Shown here one piece after another: positions 9,548 to 19,137 of a stretch of DNA of 64,000 nucleotides. Every line of letters begins with the position of its first letter. Positions within the stretch are counted from its first letter, which is position 1. Below the pieces are notes generated by a model. The model saw only the letters and a list, made by a program, of their open reading frames with translations, was not told where the DNA came from and ran no database searches. Origin of the DNA: an uncultured Woeseiaceae bacterium (GTDB taxonomy: Bacteria; Pseudomonadota; Gammaproteobacteria; Steroidobacterales; Woeseiaceae); contig CAZZKW010000002.1 in assembly GCA_964654975.1 (NCBI GenBank), positions 34,686 through 98,685 of the forward strand. Reading direction: 5' to 3'. A program made the position numbers and the translations under genes.

Positions 9548-11530
9548 TTATTCGGACTTGACGTAGTGATCGAACCAGGCAACGACTCGTTGCAGATAAT
9601 CCTTCTCAAATTCTTCGGACCATTCACCGTGGTGCGTGTCCGGGTATACGACCAGCTGAGAGTCCACACCTTTCATTTTCAGCGCCTGGTAAAACAGTTC
9701 CGCATTGAGTATCGGCACGTTCCAGTCGATGCGGCCGCCGAGAAATATCGTCGGGGTTACGACATTTCCTGCGCGTAACAAGGGTGATAATTTGTCGTAC
9801 TTTTCACGATTCTCCCACGGTACGCCGAGTTCCCACGTATACCATTGTTGATAGATGTCGTGCCCGACATTCGCCGCGATAAGGCTGTGGCCGGCGCCGG
9901 ATGCTGCAGCTTTAAACCGTTTCGTTTGCGTGATAATGACGTTCGTCATGTATCCACCGTAGGAATAGCCGGTGACGGCCATTCTTTCGGGGTCGGAATA
10001 ACCTTTTGCCACCGCATATTCAGCCGCGGCAATGACGTCGTCGTAGTCGACGACGCCCCAATTACGATAGATGGCACGCACAAAGTCTTGCCCGCGACCG
10101 CTTGAGCCGCGTGGATTCGGCTCGACGACGACATATCCGTTCGCGGCCAGGTACTGCGTTGCGAAGTCGTAGCCCCACGTGAATTGGCCAACGGGCCCGC
10201 CGTGAATCTTCAATACGGTTGGGTATTTTCTTTCCGGCCGATAGTCAGCCGGTGTTGTAATGAATGCTTCGATGACTGTGCCGTCTTTGCTTTCGAACGA
10301 AACCTTCAGTTTTTCGCCGACCCGCAATTCACTAAAGTATTCTTGGCTGATGTCGGTCAGTTGTGTCAGGTGTCCTTGGTGGAGTTTGTAGATATTCGTG
10401 TCGTCATTGCGGTTGTTAAAAGCGACGGCCAACGCATCCGTTGCGCCGATGTCGAAGGCACTGACGGATATGTCGCCATTGAGCAGAACTTCTATCGTTT
10501 CGTCCTGCACTTGAACTCGTGCGAGATGGCTGGCACCGCCGTTGTCAAAGCTGAAGTAGATCCAGTCGCCGTCCGCCGAAAATTCGAACGACGTGATCCA
10601 GCGATCCAGCGAGGTGGTGAGGATTCTGGCGTCTCCGCCCGCGGCCGGTATGATGGCGATGTTCGGCAAGCTGTACACGCCATCTTCGGCCGTCAGGTAG
10701 GCAATCTGTTTTCCGTCGGGGCTCCAGGACGGCGATTGTTTTACGGACGAATTGTCCGTCAACCGGTTCAATGGCCGAACTTCGCCGACATAATCAATCG
10801 CTATTGTCCAAAGGTCCGTCTGAAAACTCGCATCGGCGTCGTCCTCCCGGTTGCTGACAAATACCACCGAACGACCGTCGGGTGACCACGCCGCACCACT
10901 TTCCGTGTACTTGCCGGATGTCAGCTGGTTTAGAGAGCGGGTAGCGATATCGTAGATGTAAAGGTGTTCGGTCTGATCGGCCGTAACATAACCGTTGCCC
11001 GAGTCGCGCTTGAATTGTCGCGAGGTAATGACGACAGGTTTGGGTTCGGCGTCGTCGTCCTCGTCGCGAAGATCCTGATCTGAGTAGGATAGTAGCACCT
11101 GTGTTTCATCGGGCGACAAACTGGCGGACGATAGCCCGTGCTTCAGGCGCGTGACCTGCTTGACTCTGCCGCGTCGATTCGCCGGCAGTTTCCAGAGTTG
11201 ATACGTGTCGGTGAGGTCGGAGATAACGTAGATATATTTACCGTCGGCCGACCAAACCGGATTCCATGCGGATGCGGACGATGAAGAAATCGGTCTGGGC
11301 AACGTATCGCCAACGGCGGTTACAAAAACCGTGTAGTTCAACTCAAACGCGATTTGTTGGCCGTCCGGGGAAATTTGCGGTGTCCCCGGGAATTGAGTAC
11401 GACCGTAGTCTGCCAGAGTCAGCGCGCGTTTGGCCTCGACTGCAGGTTCGGCGTCAGCAAGCGCTGGCCCGGTATAGACGCACAACAACAGAAGGCAGAT
11501 CGCGTTCGTACCGGACGCGCGAATATTCAT
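9548..11530 (-). CDS. Secreted S9 family serine peptidase, paralogue of 5537..7561
   Basis: 660 aa with a signal peptide. Contains WSPDG propeller repeats, YPTVLKIHGGPVGQF, PNPRGSSGRG and nucleophile GYSYGGYM. The C-terminal domain is colinear with the other S9 gene. Confidence 0.85.
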   Translation of the reverse strand: MNIRASGTNAICLLLLCVYTGPALADAEPAVEAKRALTLADYGRTQFPGTPQISPDGQQIAFELNYTVFVTAVGDTLPRPISSSSASAWNPVWSADGKYIYVISDLTDTYQLWKLPANRRGRVKQVTRLKHGLSSASLSPDETQVLLSYSDQDLRDEDDDAEPKPVVITSRQFKRDSGNGYVTADQTEHLYIYDIATRSLNQLTSGKYTESGAAWSPDGRSVVFVSNREDDADASFQTDLWTIAIDYVGEVRPLNRLTDNSSVKQSPSWSPDGKQIAYLTAEDGVYSLPNIAIIPAAGGDARILTTSLDRWITSFEFSADGDWIYFSFDNGGASHLARVQVQDETIEVLLNGDISVSAFDIGATDALAVAFNNRNDDTNIYKLHQGHLTQLTDISQEYFSELRVGEKLKVSFESKDGTVIEAFITTPADYRPERKYPTVLKIHGGPVGQFTWGYDFATQYLAANGYVVVEPNPRGSSGRGQDFVRAIYRNWGVVDYDDVIAAAEYAVAKGYSDPERMAVTGYSYGGYMTNVIITQTKRFKAAASGAGHSLIAANVGHDIYQQWYTWELGVPWENREKYDKLSPLLRAGNVVTPTIFLGGRIDWNVPILNAELFYQALKMKGVDSQLVVYPDTHHGEWSEEFEKDYLQRVVAWFDHYVKSE

Positions 11531-11545
11531 GAGTGAGATTCTCAG

Positions 11546-12028
11546 CTACGTAAAAAGTCGAATTCTGCGCCGACTGCGCAACACCTGATCGATACCCATT
11601 CCCCGGCCGGCCGAGCAGGCCAACAGTGTGAACATCGCCCAGATGTACGCCGCTTCCAGACTGGGCATCCACACGCCCAGGCCGACAGCAAAGGTGTAAT
11701 TCAGGACCAAAAATATCCCGACCACGGCGCCAAAGCGCGTAAACAGTCCGAGAAAGATCGAAAAGCCAACGAGAAACTCGCCCCAGGCCACGAGTACTGC
11801 AAATTTACCGGCGTTGGGTATCACGACGGACTCCAGGAAAGGTCGGTAAAAGGCGTACGCGTTTTCAAGGTTTGCGGATGCAAATTCGAGCAGCCTGGAT
11901 TCGAACGCTGCGCCCCAGTTTCCCGAGGAGATCTTTTCCTGTCCGCCGATCAGAAACGCCAATCCGACAGACAATCGCAGCGGTAACAAGTAGAGGACTG
12001 AAACTTCGTGAATCTTCGACGTAGTCAT
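11546..12028 (-). CDS. DoxX family membrane protein
   Basis: ORF 11546..12058. I prefer the second Met (MTTSKIHE). It has four hydrophobic helices and the LRLSVGLAFLIGGQEK start typical of DoxX. Confidence 0.6.
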   Translation of the reverse strand: MTTSKIHEVSVLYLLPLRLSVGLAFLIGGQEKISSGNWGAAFESRLLEFASANLENAYAFYRPFLESVVIPNAGKFAVLVAWGEFLVGFSIFLGLFTRFGAVVGIFLVLNYTFAVGLGVWMPSLEAAYIWAMFTLLACSAGRGMGIDQVLRSRRRIRLFT

Positions 12029-12212
12029 AGCGAGGCTCCCCGGTAGTTGGCACGTCAATCTGAGCGCGAATTTCCCAAGTTTCGTCCGACGTACATCGGA
12101 CGTAAGGAGGATACCAGCTATTGGGGGGCTTGTGGATCAGCGCAGGGTCGATCTGGCTCGATATGCGACCACGCACTGCTCGCTCGGACTAACACCCGGA
12201 AGGTGTCGCTTG

Positions 12213-12692
12213 CTACAGTCCGCGGCCTTTTGCACTTCCGACCAGCTTGTTTGCTTCCATGTCATAGACTGCGCAGATCACTTCGCGGTCATCTTGTCGC
12301 CAGCCCTCGGGCGTAGGATACATCGCGAAAATGTCCAGCGATGACGACTCGTAATCCCGACCAACGAAGGACGCGAAGCGCTGTAAACACGATTCCTGCG
12401 CCAGCTCCCCGATCGCGTCGGTACCGGGGAAGGTATCGATATTGAGATCGAAAACAGCGAATGCCTCGTTGTCATGAGGTTCTGAGCAAGGTACGCCAGG
12501 TACGCTGGAGAACTCGGTTTCTTCTCCTTCGTATCCGCTGATATCGTCAAAGCAGTCGCCCACTCTGATCTGAAACGCGTCCACATTGCCTTCGTCAACA
12601 ATAGCGCCACTATCGTCTCTATCGACGTCAGTTACGGTGCTGTAGATGAAAAACCCCAAAGCGACCAGTATATAGATGCCCCAAGTTTTCAT
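12213..12692 (-). CDS. Membrane-anchored protein with a septum-formation-family-like Cys pattern
   Basis: ORF 12213..12758. I prefer Met at 12692 (MKTWGIYILVALGFF, preceded by GGGAG). It has one TM helix followed by GDCF..PCSEPHDNEAF..SCLQRF..VICAVY. Confidence 0.5.
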   Translation of the reverse strand: MKTWGIYILVALGFFIYSTVTDVDRDDSGAIVDEGNVDAFQIRVGDCFDDISGYEGEETEFSSVPGVPCSEPHDNEAFAVFDLNIDTFPGTDAIGELAQESCLQRFASFVGRDYESSSLDIFAMYPTPEGWRQDDREVICAVYDMEANKLVGSAKGRGL

Positions 12693-12943
12693 GGTTACTC
12701 CCAAGCATTGCGATTCGTGTTCTGCCAGCGAGTATAAGGAGTAGCAAACGCCAATCAAGGACCTGAGTCCCTGTTTCCTGCATTAGCTGTGATTGCGGAT
12801 TTTGCCGCGCAACAAAAGACGACGACCCGGATACCGGGGGAGGTAGAAGGAAACGCTGTGGCGATCGACGCTTTCAAGCGCACAACTGCTGACCGCAAAA
12901 CCGTCTACACTGTTGCATCGAGCGTATTCCGGGGAATTAAACG

Positions 12944-13981
12944 ATGTCAGTCTTCAAATGCATTTTGCTATCGGCGGCCCTGTGTGTTTCCGGCTGCGGC
13001 GTTTCACTGGCGGACAGCGCACCTGGTGAAAAGAAAATCGTTATCGCGCACCGTGGGGCAAGCGGGTATTTGCCGGAACACACGATAGCTGCCAAGGCCA
13101 TGGCGTATGCACAAGGCGCAGACTACATCGAACAGGACCTGGTGATGACCAGGGACGATGAGGTCATTGTCTTGCACGACCACTACCTCGACACGGTGAC
13201 GAACGTTCGCGACGTGTTCCCGGGTAGAAACCGTGATGACGACAGATATTACGTGATTGATTTTACGCTTGCGGAAATTCGGAAACTTGCCGTTTACGAG
13301 CGTTTCAGGTGGCGTGATGGCACGATGGATGCGGTGTTCGGAGACAGGTTTCCGGTTGGGAAGTCGTCATTTTCGGTGCATACACTCGCCGAGGAAATTG
13401 AACTCGTACAGGGTTTGAACGAATCTTCCGGGGGGTCCGTTGGTATATATCCCGAGATCAAGAGCCCCGCGTTTCACCGCCAGGAAGGTAAGGACATCTC
13501 GTCCGCAGTTCTCGGCATATTGAAGTCCTACGGCTATACAAAGGCTGCTGACAATATTTTTCTACAGTGTTTCGATGCGCTTGAGTTGCGCCGGATAGAT
13601 CGTGAGTTGATGCCGAGGATGGAGCTGGATCTGCCGTTGATCCAACTGCTTGACACAACGGCGGACCACAGCTTGCTATTGACCGAGAAGGGATTGAGGG
13701 AAATATCGGAATACGCGGTGGGCATCGGCCCCTCAATGCATCTTCTCGTTGAGCCGGATTCGGTCGCCGAAAATATCAGAGTGACGAACATCGTTGCCCT
13801 GGCGCATGCCATGGGTTTGCAGGTACATCCCTACACTTTCCGCCTGGAGGCGGACGAAATACCGCCGTACGCGGCCGACTTTGAAGACCTGTTACGAATT
13901 TTCTTGAATCAAGTCGGCGTTGATGGGGTTTTTACCGATTTTCCGGATTTGGCGGTGAGCTTTGTTGAGAGCGAAATGTGA
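12944..13981 (+). CDS. glpQ: Periplasmic glycerophosphodiester phosphodiesterase
   Basis: 345 aa with a signal peptide. KIVIAHRGASGYLPEHT is the GlpQ active-site start; EQDLVMTRDDEVIVLHD is also present. Confidence 0.9.
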   Translation: MSVFKCILLSAALCVSGCGVSLADSAPGEKKIVIAHRGASGYLPEHTIAAKAMAYAQGADYIEQDLVMTRDDEVIVLHDHYLDTVTNVRDVFPGRNRDDDRYYVIDFTLAEIRKLAVYERFRWRDGTMDAVFGDRFPVGKSSFSVHTLAEEIELVQGLNESSGGSVGIYPEIKSPAFHRQEGKDISSAVLGILKSYGYTKAADNIFLQCFDALELRRIDRELMPRMELDLPLIQLLDTTADHSLLLTEKGLREISEYAVGIGPSMHLLVEPDSVAENIRVTNIVALAHAMGLQVHPYTFRLEADEIPPYAADFEDLLRIFLNQVGVDGVFTDFPDLAVSFVESEM

Positions 13982-15315
13982 TCGGATTTCTGAAACCGCC
14001 CGCGCACCGCGAATCGCTCCCCGACGACGAAGTTGACGCTACCTACCGTCGTCTCCGTCTGCAGGTATTCGTTGGGATCTTTGTTGGATACGCCGGTTAC
14101 TACCTGGTTCGCAAGAACTTCTCTCTGGCGATGCCGTATCTGATAGAGCAGGGTTATTCAAAAACGGATCTCGGGTTCGCGCTGTCCGGCGTCGCTATAG
14201 CCTACGGACTTTCCAAATTCTTCATGGGCAACGTTTCGGACAGAAGTAACGCCCGTACGTTCATGGCGCTGGGGCTACTGTGTTCGTCGGTAATCATGAT
14301 TTTCATGGGCACGATTCCGTTTGCAACCAGCTCAGTCAGCATCATGTTCGTGTTGCTGATGGCGAACGGCTGGTTTCAGGGTATGGGTTGGCCGCCATCA
14401 GGGCGAGTGATGGTGCACTGGTTCTCGTCGGGCGAGCGCGGCACCAAGATGGCCATCTGGAACGTTGCGCACAACATCGGCGGTGGCATGGTCGGTCCGA
14501 TTGCGATTCTGGCAATGGCCGTATTCGCCGATTGGCATGCGATTTTGTACGTTCATGGGTTCTTTTCTCTGGCGATCGCCTTGCTTATTCTTGCGCTGGT
14601 TCGGGATACGCCGCAGTCCGAAGGGCTTGGCACTATCGAAGGCTATCGCAACGACTATCCGAAAGCATTTGAGTACGGTGAAACTCATGAGAATGAGCTT
14701 TCAGCAAAGGCAATCTTTCTCGAATACGTTCTTAACAACAAGTTCTTGTGGACCATTGCAATTGCTAACGCCTTTGTCTATTTCGTGCGCTACGGCGTAC
14801 TGGACTGGGCGCCAACCTACCTGAATGAGGTCAAGCATTTCTCCTTCGAGCAATCGGGTTGGGCGTATGCGTTCTACGAGTTCGCGGGCATACCTGGCAC
14901 GTTATTGTGCGGCTGGCTCTCGGACAGAGTTTTCAACGGTCGGCGCGCACCGGTATCGATCATGTACATGCTGGCGACCCTGGCTTGCGTTGTCGTCTAC
15001 TGGAAAAATCCGGTCGGCAACCCTAACATGGATATCGCGATGCTGGTTGGCATCGGGTTTTTCATCTACGGTCCGGTAATGCTGATCGGTGTACAGGCAC
15101 TCGATCTTGCGCCGAAGAAAGCGGCTGGAACCGCAGCGGGATTTACCGGTCTATTCGGATACGTTGGTGGCGCCGTAAGCGCGAACATTGTTATCGGAAT
15201 GGTGGTTGATGCAGCAGGATGGGACGCCGGTTTCGCTTTGATCGTCGGTGCTTGTATTCTGGCAATAGTCTTGATCTCATTTACGTGGCGTGCGGAGTTG
15301 AGACGGGGTTCCTGA
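13978..15315 (+). CDS. glpT: Glycerol-3-phosphate/phosphate antiporter (MFS)
   Basis: 445 aa, colinear with E. coli GlpT (YRRLRxQxFxGIFxGYAxYYLVRKNF, GMGWPP, PKKAAGTAAGFTGLFGY). The GTG start overlaps the glpQ stop by 4 nt (GTGA). Confidence 0.9.
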   Translation: MIGFLKPPAHRESLPDDEVDATYRRLRLQVFVGIFVGYAGYYLVRKNFSLAMPYLIEQGYSKTDLGFALSGVAIAYGLSKFFMGNVSDRSNARTFMALGLLCSSVIMIFMGTIPFATSSVSIMFVLLMANGWFQGMGWPPSGRVMVHWFSSGERGTKMAIWNVAHNIGGGMVGPIAILAMAVFADWHAILYVHGFFSLAIALLILALVRDTPQSEGLGTIEGYRNDYPKAFEYGETHENELSAKAIFLEYVLNNKFLWTIAIANAFVYFVRYGVLDWAPTYLNEVKHFSFEQSGWAYAFYEFAGIPGTLLCGWLSDRVFNGRRAPVSIMYMLATLACVVVYWKNPVGNPNMDIAMLVGIGFFIYGPVMLIGVQALDLAPKKAAGTAAGFTGLFGYVGGAVSANIVIGMVVDAAGWDAGFALIVGACILAIVLISFTWRAELRRGS

Positions 15316-15379
15316 GCCGTCCAAAGTGTTAACCAGGCTACGGTTGGACCTCATATCCACGACAGGCGAGAGGGGCAGT

Positions 15380-16633
15380 ATGAATACTCAGCGACACGAT
15401 ACCCGGTTTAGCGGGGGTGTGGTTTTGGCCGTGGCGTTTGCGCTCACAATCCCCGGACTGGCGACGTCGGACGAAGACTCCAAAACCACCGCAGCCAAAG
15501 CGCCGACGCATATGTCGGAGGCGTTGCGAGCGACGGTTCGCAAGGTCGTCGTTTTGCCGACCACCAGTCCAGTCAGCGGTGTTGTAACCGGCAGCTACGA
15601 CAAAGATACGCTTGGACTACTGGACGGCGCGATGTCCGGTTCACGAGTCGGTCGGGGCGTCTCCAGAGAAATCGGACCCGTTGTCGTCCGGTTTCCGATT
15701 CCGATTCTGACAATTCCCGGCGCGATATTCGGTGGCCTGACAGGAGGCGCGAAGCGTACAGTGCAGGATTTTCGTGACGCGCTTACCGACGATCTTGCGA
15801 ATTCGGCCAGCGAGCCGTTGTCCAACGATGCTCTTGCTTCGGACGTGTTCTGGAGTATTCGCGACGTACCCGGCCTGCAGCCGAAGGTATTAGCGCTAAC
15901 AACGCCTATCCCGGGTGATACAGAAGCAATCCTGTACGTGAGCCTGACCGACGTTGGCATCGATGTTGAAGACAACGTCGCCACCATCACGACAACTGCG
16001 CAAACGACGCTGCGACGAATGAGCGATGGCGCACACATTTACCAGAGTACCGTCCATTATCAGGACGCGGATACCCTGTCGAACTGGACCAAAAACGACA
16101 ACACGGCGTGGCGGGATTACACCAATTTTGCGCGACACTACATCAGCCGCGAAATTTCGGCGGAAGTGTTCGACAGAGTCGTGCTGAATCACGAGCTTCG
16201 TCCGGCAGAAAGCGACACGATCAAGCGAGTCAAAAAAGACGACTGGCGTGGTATTAGCAAGTCGTCGACACCGACGTTGGCATGGGAGTATTCAGCGTTG
16301 GATGGCAACGTATACGGTGTGTGGAGTAACAATATCGATCCTGCGGAGGTTTCATTCGACGTCGAAATATACGATTTGCACGAACTCGTTTACGGCGCGA
16401 AAAAAATTACCGGCCGCGATCATACGGTTGAGGTGGAACTCGAAAAGTGCAAGACCTATCGCTGGACAGTGCGACCGAATTACAAAGTCGGTAGCGACGT
16501 AAAATTCGGTGAGTGGATGAGATTGGAATCGGCAGCCGACAGCGGACGCGGAGGTGTTGGCACCCAGGCGTCAGTGGCGGCAGCGTACATTCAGGACTTT
16601 GCTTCGCTGGAGATCAAGTGTGGTCGTCGCTAG
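15380..16633 (+). CDS. Hypothetical secreted/envelope protein
   Basis: ORF 15326..16633. I prefer the ATG at 15380, preceded by GAGAGGGG. Signal-like VVLAVAFALTIPGLATS, no family motif recognised. The C-terminal ~110 aa look like a beta-sandwich (TPTLAWEY..YRWTVRP). Confidence 0.6.
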   Translation: MNTQRHDTRFSGGVVLAVAFALTIPGLATSDEDSKTTAAKAPTHMSEALRATVRKVVVLPTTSPVSGVVTGSYDKDTLGLLDGAMSGSRVGRGVSREIGPVVVRFPIPILTIPGAIFGGLTGGAKRTVQDFRDALTDDLANSASEPLSNDALASDVFWSIRDVPGLQPKVLALTTPIPGDTEAILYVSLTDVGIDVEDNVATITTTAQTTLRRMSDGAHIYQSTVHYQDADTLSNWTKNDNTAWRDYTNFARHYISREISAEVFDRVVLNHELRPAESDTIKRVKKDDWRGISKSSTPTLAWEYSALDGNVYGVWSNNIDPAEVSFDVEIYDLHELVYGAKKITGRDHTVEVELEKCKTYRWTVRPNYKVGSDVKFGEWMRLESAADSGRGGVGTQASVAAAYIQDFASLEIKCGRR

Positions 16634-16665
16634 CGCGCGTTTTCCAGGTTTGTCGAATAATGGTG

Positions 16666-19041
16666 CTACTGTGAGCCGTCGCGAAACGTGAAGTGCCGCT
16701 TCGGGCGCGCCTTGAGTTGCCACTCCAGTTGCTGCTCACTGGCTTTTTTCAGGGTGGAATACGCTTGCGCCTGACCCGCCGCGTATTGTTTTTCCCAGTC
16801 TTTATTCTCAAGTTCGACGCCGTACCAGGCGGCGGCATGACGGGTCAGGAACGGATTCCAGAGGTGCGCGCGACCGATTGCGACCAGGTCGGCCCGCCGA
16901 GTATGCAGAATTGTATTTACCTGTGCCGCTTCAGTAATCGCGCCGACCGCCATCGTCGCCATTTTCGGTACATTGCGAATCGCCTCGGAAAAGCCCGTTT
17001 GAAACATGCGTCCGTAGACGGGCTCCTGGTCCGGAACTGTTTGACCGGCTGAAACATCAATCAGGTTGCAACCGGCATCGCGAAAGGCTTCCGCGATTGC
17101 GAACGTGTCCGCTTCGGTGATGCCTCCCGGTTTCCAGTCGCAGGCCGAAATGCGAACAGACATCGGTTTGTGAGACGGCCAGACCTTGCGAATGGCGACG
17201 AATACTTCGAGCGGAAAACGCATTCGATTCTGGATTGAGCCACCGAATTCATCGCTGCGCGTGTTGGTCAGCGGTGATAAAAAGCTCGCTAACAGGTAGC
17301 CGTGGGCGCAATGCAGCTCCAGCAGGTCGAATCCGGCGCGATCGGACCGAATCGCAGCGTGCACAAAATCATCACGTACTTTGTCCATGCCGGCACGATC
17401 GATTTCTGTCGGTAACTGGCTTTCGCCATCGAACCATGGAATAGCGGAGGCTGATTGCAGTGGCCAGTTCTTATCGGCCTCTGCGATGGGGTGATCCATT
17501 GCTTCCCAGCCCAGTTGCGTGGATCCTTTGCGGCCGGCGTGCCCGAGCTGTATGGCGATTCTTGTATTCGTATTGTCGTGTACGAAGTCAACGATGCGGC
17601 GCCACTGTTGCTCGTGCGCGTCCGTCCACAGGCCGGGGCAACCGACGGTGATACGAGCCTCCGGCGACGGGCAGGTCATCTCAACAAACATCAGGCCCAT
17701 GCCGCCGCGCGCCGCGCCGCAGTAGTGGGCGAAATGCCAGTCGGTCAGATTGCCATTCTCGTCGGCTGAATACTGTGCCATTGGCGACATGACAACACGA
17801 TTACGCAGCTCCAGAGCGCCGAGTTTGTATTTGGTGAACATCGGAGTCGGCCGCGTCTCGCGGTAGTCGTAACCGGTTTCCTCAAAATAGCGCTGATACC
17901 ATTCGGTGTCAGCATCTGCGACGAACTCCGGATCGCGCAACAACAGATTGTCGTAGGTGACGGACTTTGCGCGGCACATGATCACCATCGCGAACTGATA
18001 GGGGTCCATGTCCAGCGAACGTTCCATGTGTTCAAACCAGGCGAGCGACACATCCGCGTTGTGTTGTGTGATCTGCACCGGGACGCGGCGGTCATCGTCG
18101 TAGGCTTGCATGACTTTTTCGATGCCGTCGTTTTCGAGATGCGCTACAGCGGCTTCGAACAGACCGATCGCGCAATCCATCGCGAGCTTGGTGCCGGAAC
18201 CGATTGAGAAGTGTGCCGAGGCTTTTGCATCGCCGAGAATCGCGATCTTTCCAACGCTCCAGTTATTGCAAAAAATGCGCGGGAACTGGCGCCAGTTCGA
18301 GCGATTCAGAATCAGCGGGTGGTCGTCGAGTTCCTGTTTGAAAATTCCCTGCAGGATGGTTGCCGATCCTGCCTCATCGAATTCTTCAAAGCCATGACCC
18401 TGCCAGCATGCATCGGTCATTTCGAAGATCCACGTGGACATTTCCCGGGTGTATTGGTAAGTGTGCGCGCAGATGACGCCGTGATCGGTCTCTTTGAAGA
18501 AAAACGTAAAGTCTGTCAGCGGGCGCGTGGAGCCCATCCAGCAAAAACGGTTGCTCCTGGTTGTCAGCGAAACGTCGAAGCCCTGCTCACTTTGACGTGC
18601 TTCGCGAATCGCAGAGTTGATTCCGTCCGCAGCAAGAATGAGGTCGGAATCTGCGAATCGCTCCTCGATCGATTCCGCATCGATATGTGCTTCGAAGTGC
18701 AACTCGACGCCGAGTTCCTCGCAACGCTGGTGCAGGATACTCAGCAAGTGCACTCTTGAGGTGCCACAAAACCCGTTGCCACGGCATTTCAGGGTTTCGC
18801 CTTTGTAGTGAATGTCGATGTCATCCCAGTACGCGAATTCAGAGCGCATGCGCTCGTAGACGCGCCGGTCGCGGGATTCGTACTCGTCCAGCGAGCTGTC
18901 GGAGAAGACCACGCCGAAACCGAAAGTGTCGTCCGGGCGGTTTTGCTCAAAGACCTCGATAACCCAGTCCGGTCTGGCCTTCTTGGTCAGAATTGCGAAG
19001 AATAAGCCGCCAGGTCCGCCGCCAACAATGGATATTTTCAT
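16666..19041 (-). CDS. Bifunctional aryl-CoA monooxygenase/reductase (FAD hydroxylase + OYE-like FMN reductase fusion; 2-aminobenzoyl-CoA monooxygenase/reductase or salicylyl-CoA 5-hydroxylase type)
   Basis: ORF 16666..19059 (TTG start). I prefer the ATG at 19041 (MKISIVGGGPGGLFF, a Rossmann start). The C-terminal half NRVVMSPMAQYSA..HCAHGYLLASFLSP..RADLVAIGR is Old Yellow Enzyme-like. 791 aa, about 88 kDa. Confidence 0.8.
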   Translation of the reverse strand: MKISIVGGGPGGLFFAILTKKARPDWVIEVFEQNRPDDTFGFGVVFSDSSLDEYESRDRRVYERMRSEFAYWDDIDIHYKGETLKCRGNGFCGTSRVHLLSILHQRCEELGVELHFEAHIDAESIEERFADSDLILAADGINSAIREARQSEQGFDVSLTTRSNRFCWMGSTRPLTDFTFFFKETDHGVICAHTYQYTREMSTWIFEMTDACWQGHGFEEFDEAGSATILQGIFKQELDDHPLILNRSNWRQFPRIFCNNWSVGKIAILGDAKASAHFSIGSGTKLAMDCAIGLFEAAVAHLENDGIEKVMQAYDDDRRVPVQITQHNADVSLAWFEHMERSLDMDPYQFAMVIMCRAKSVTYDNLLLRDPEFVADADTEWYQRYFEETGYDYRETRPTPMFTKYKLGALELRNRVVMSPMAQYSADENGNLTDWHFAHYCGAARGGMGLMFVEMTCPSPEARITVGCPGLWTDAHEQQWRRIVDFVHDNTNTRIAIQLGHAGRKGSTQLGWEAMDHPIAEADKNWPLQSASAIPWFDGESQLPTEIDRAGMDKVRDDFVHAAIRSDRAGFDLLELHCAHGYLLASFLSPLTNTRSDEFGGSIQNRMRFPLEVFVAIRKVWPSHKPMSVRISACDWKPGGITEADTFAIAEAFRDAGCNLIDVSAGQTVPDQEPVYGRMFQTGFSEAIRNVPKMATMAVGAITEAAQVNTILHTRRADLVAIGRAHLWNPFLTRHAAAWYGVELENKDWEKQYAAGQAQAYSTLKKASEQQLEWQLKARPKRHFTFRDGSQ

Positions 19042-19064
19042 CGTAAACCCTTGATTCAATAATG

Positions 19065-19120
19065 TTTTACTGGCAATCCATATTTATATTACACGTAAAG
19101 TATTTATATATAAAGTAAAA
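19065..19120. promoter_or_regulatory. AT-rich divergent promoter/operator region with repeats (candidate MarR operator)
   Basis: Read directly. Tandem 20-bp units tatttatattacacgtaaag (19081-19100) and tatttatatataaagtaaaa (19101-19120) are 15/20 identical. TAAAGTA occurs at 19096 and 19111. The inverted pair TTTTACT (19065-19071) / AGTAAAA (19114-19120) is also present. Confidence 0.5.
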
Positions 19121-19137
19121 TCGCTTATACTGTTCGC

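Noticed and set aside
12104-12344. Strong AAGGAGG (12104-12110) after a perfect 7-bp hairpin (12083-12102), possibly starting a plus-strand gene
   Set aside because: The only downstream plus-strand ORFs (12047..12316 and 12132..12344) overlap the well-supported minus-strand gene, and their translations are implausible. The hairpin itself may be a weak bidirectional terminator, but it lacks a U-tract.
12759-12943. Pho box upstream of glpQ
   Set aside because: CTGT-containing segments are present (ctgtttcctgcattagctgtga). However, the two CTGT units are 16 bp apart rather than 11 bp, and the half-sites match poorly.
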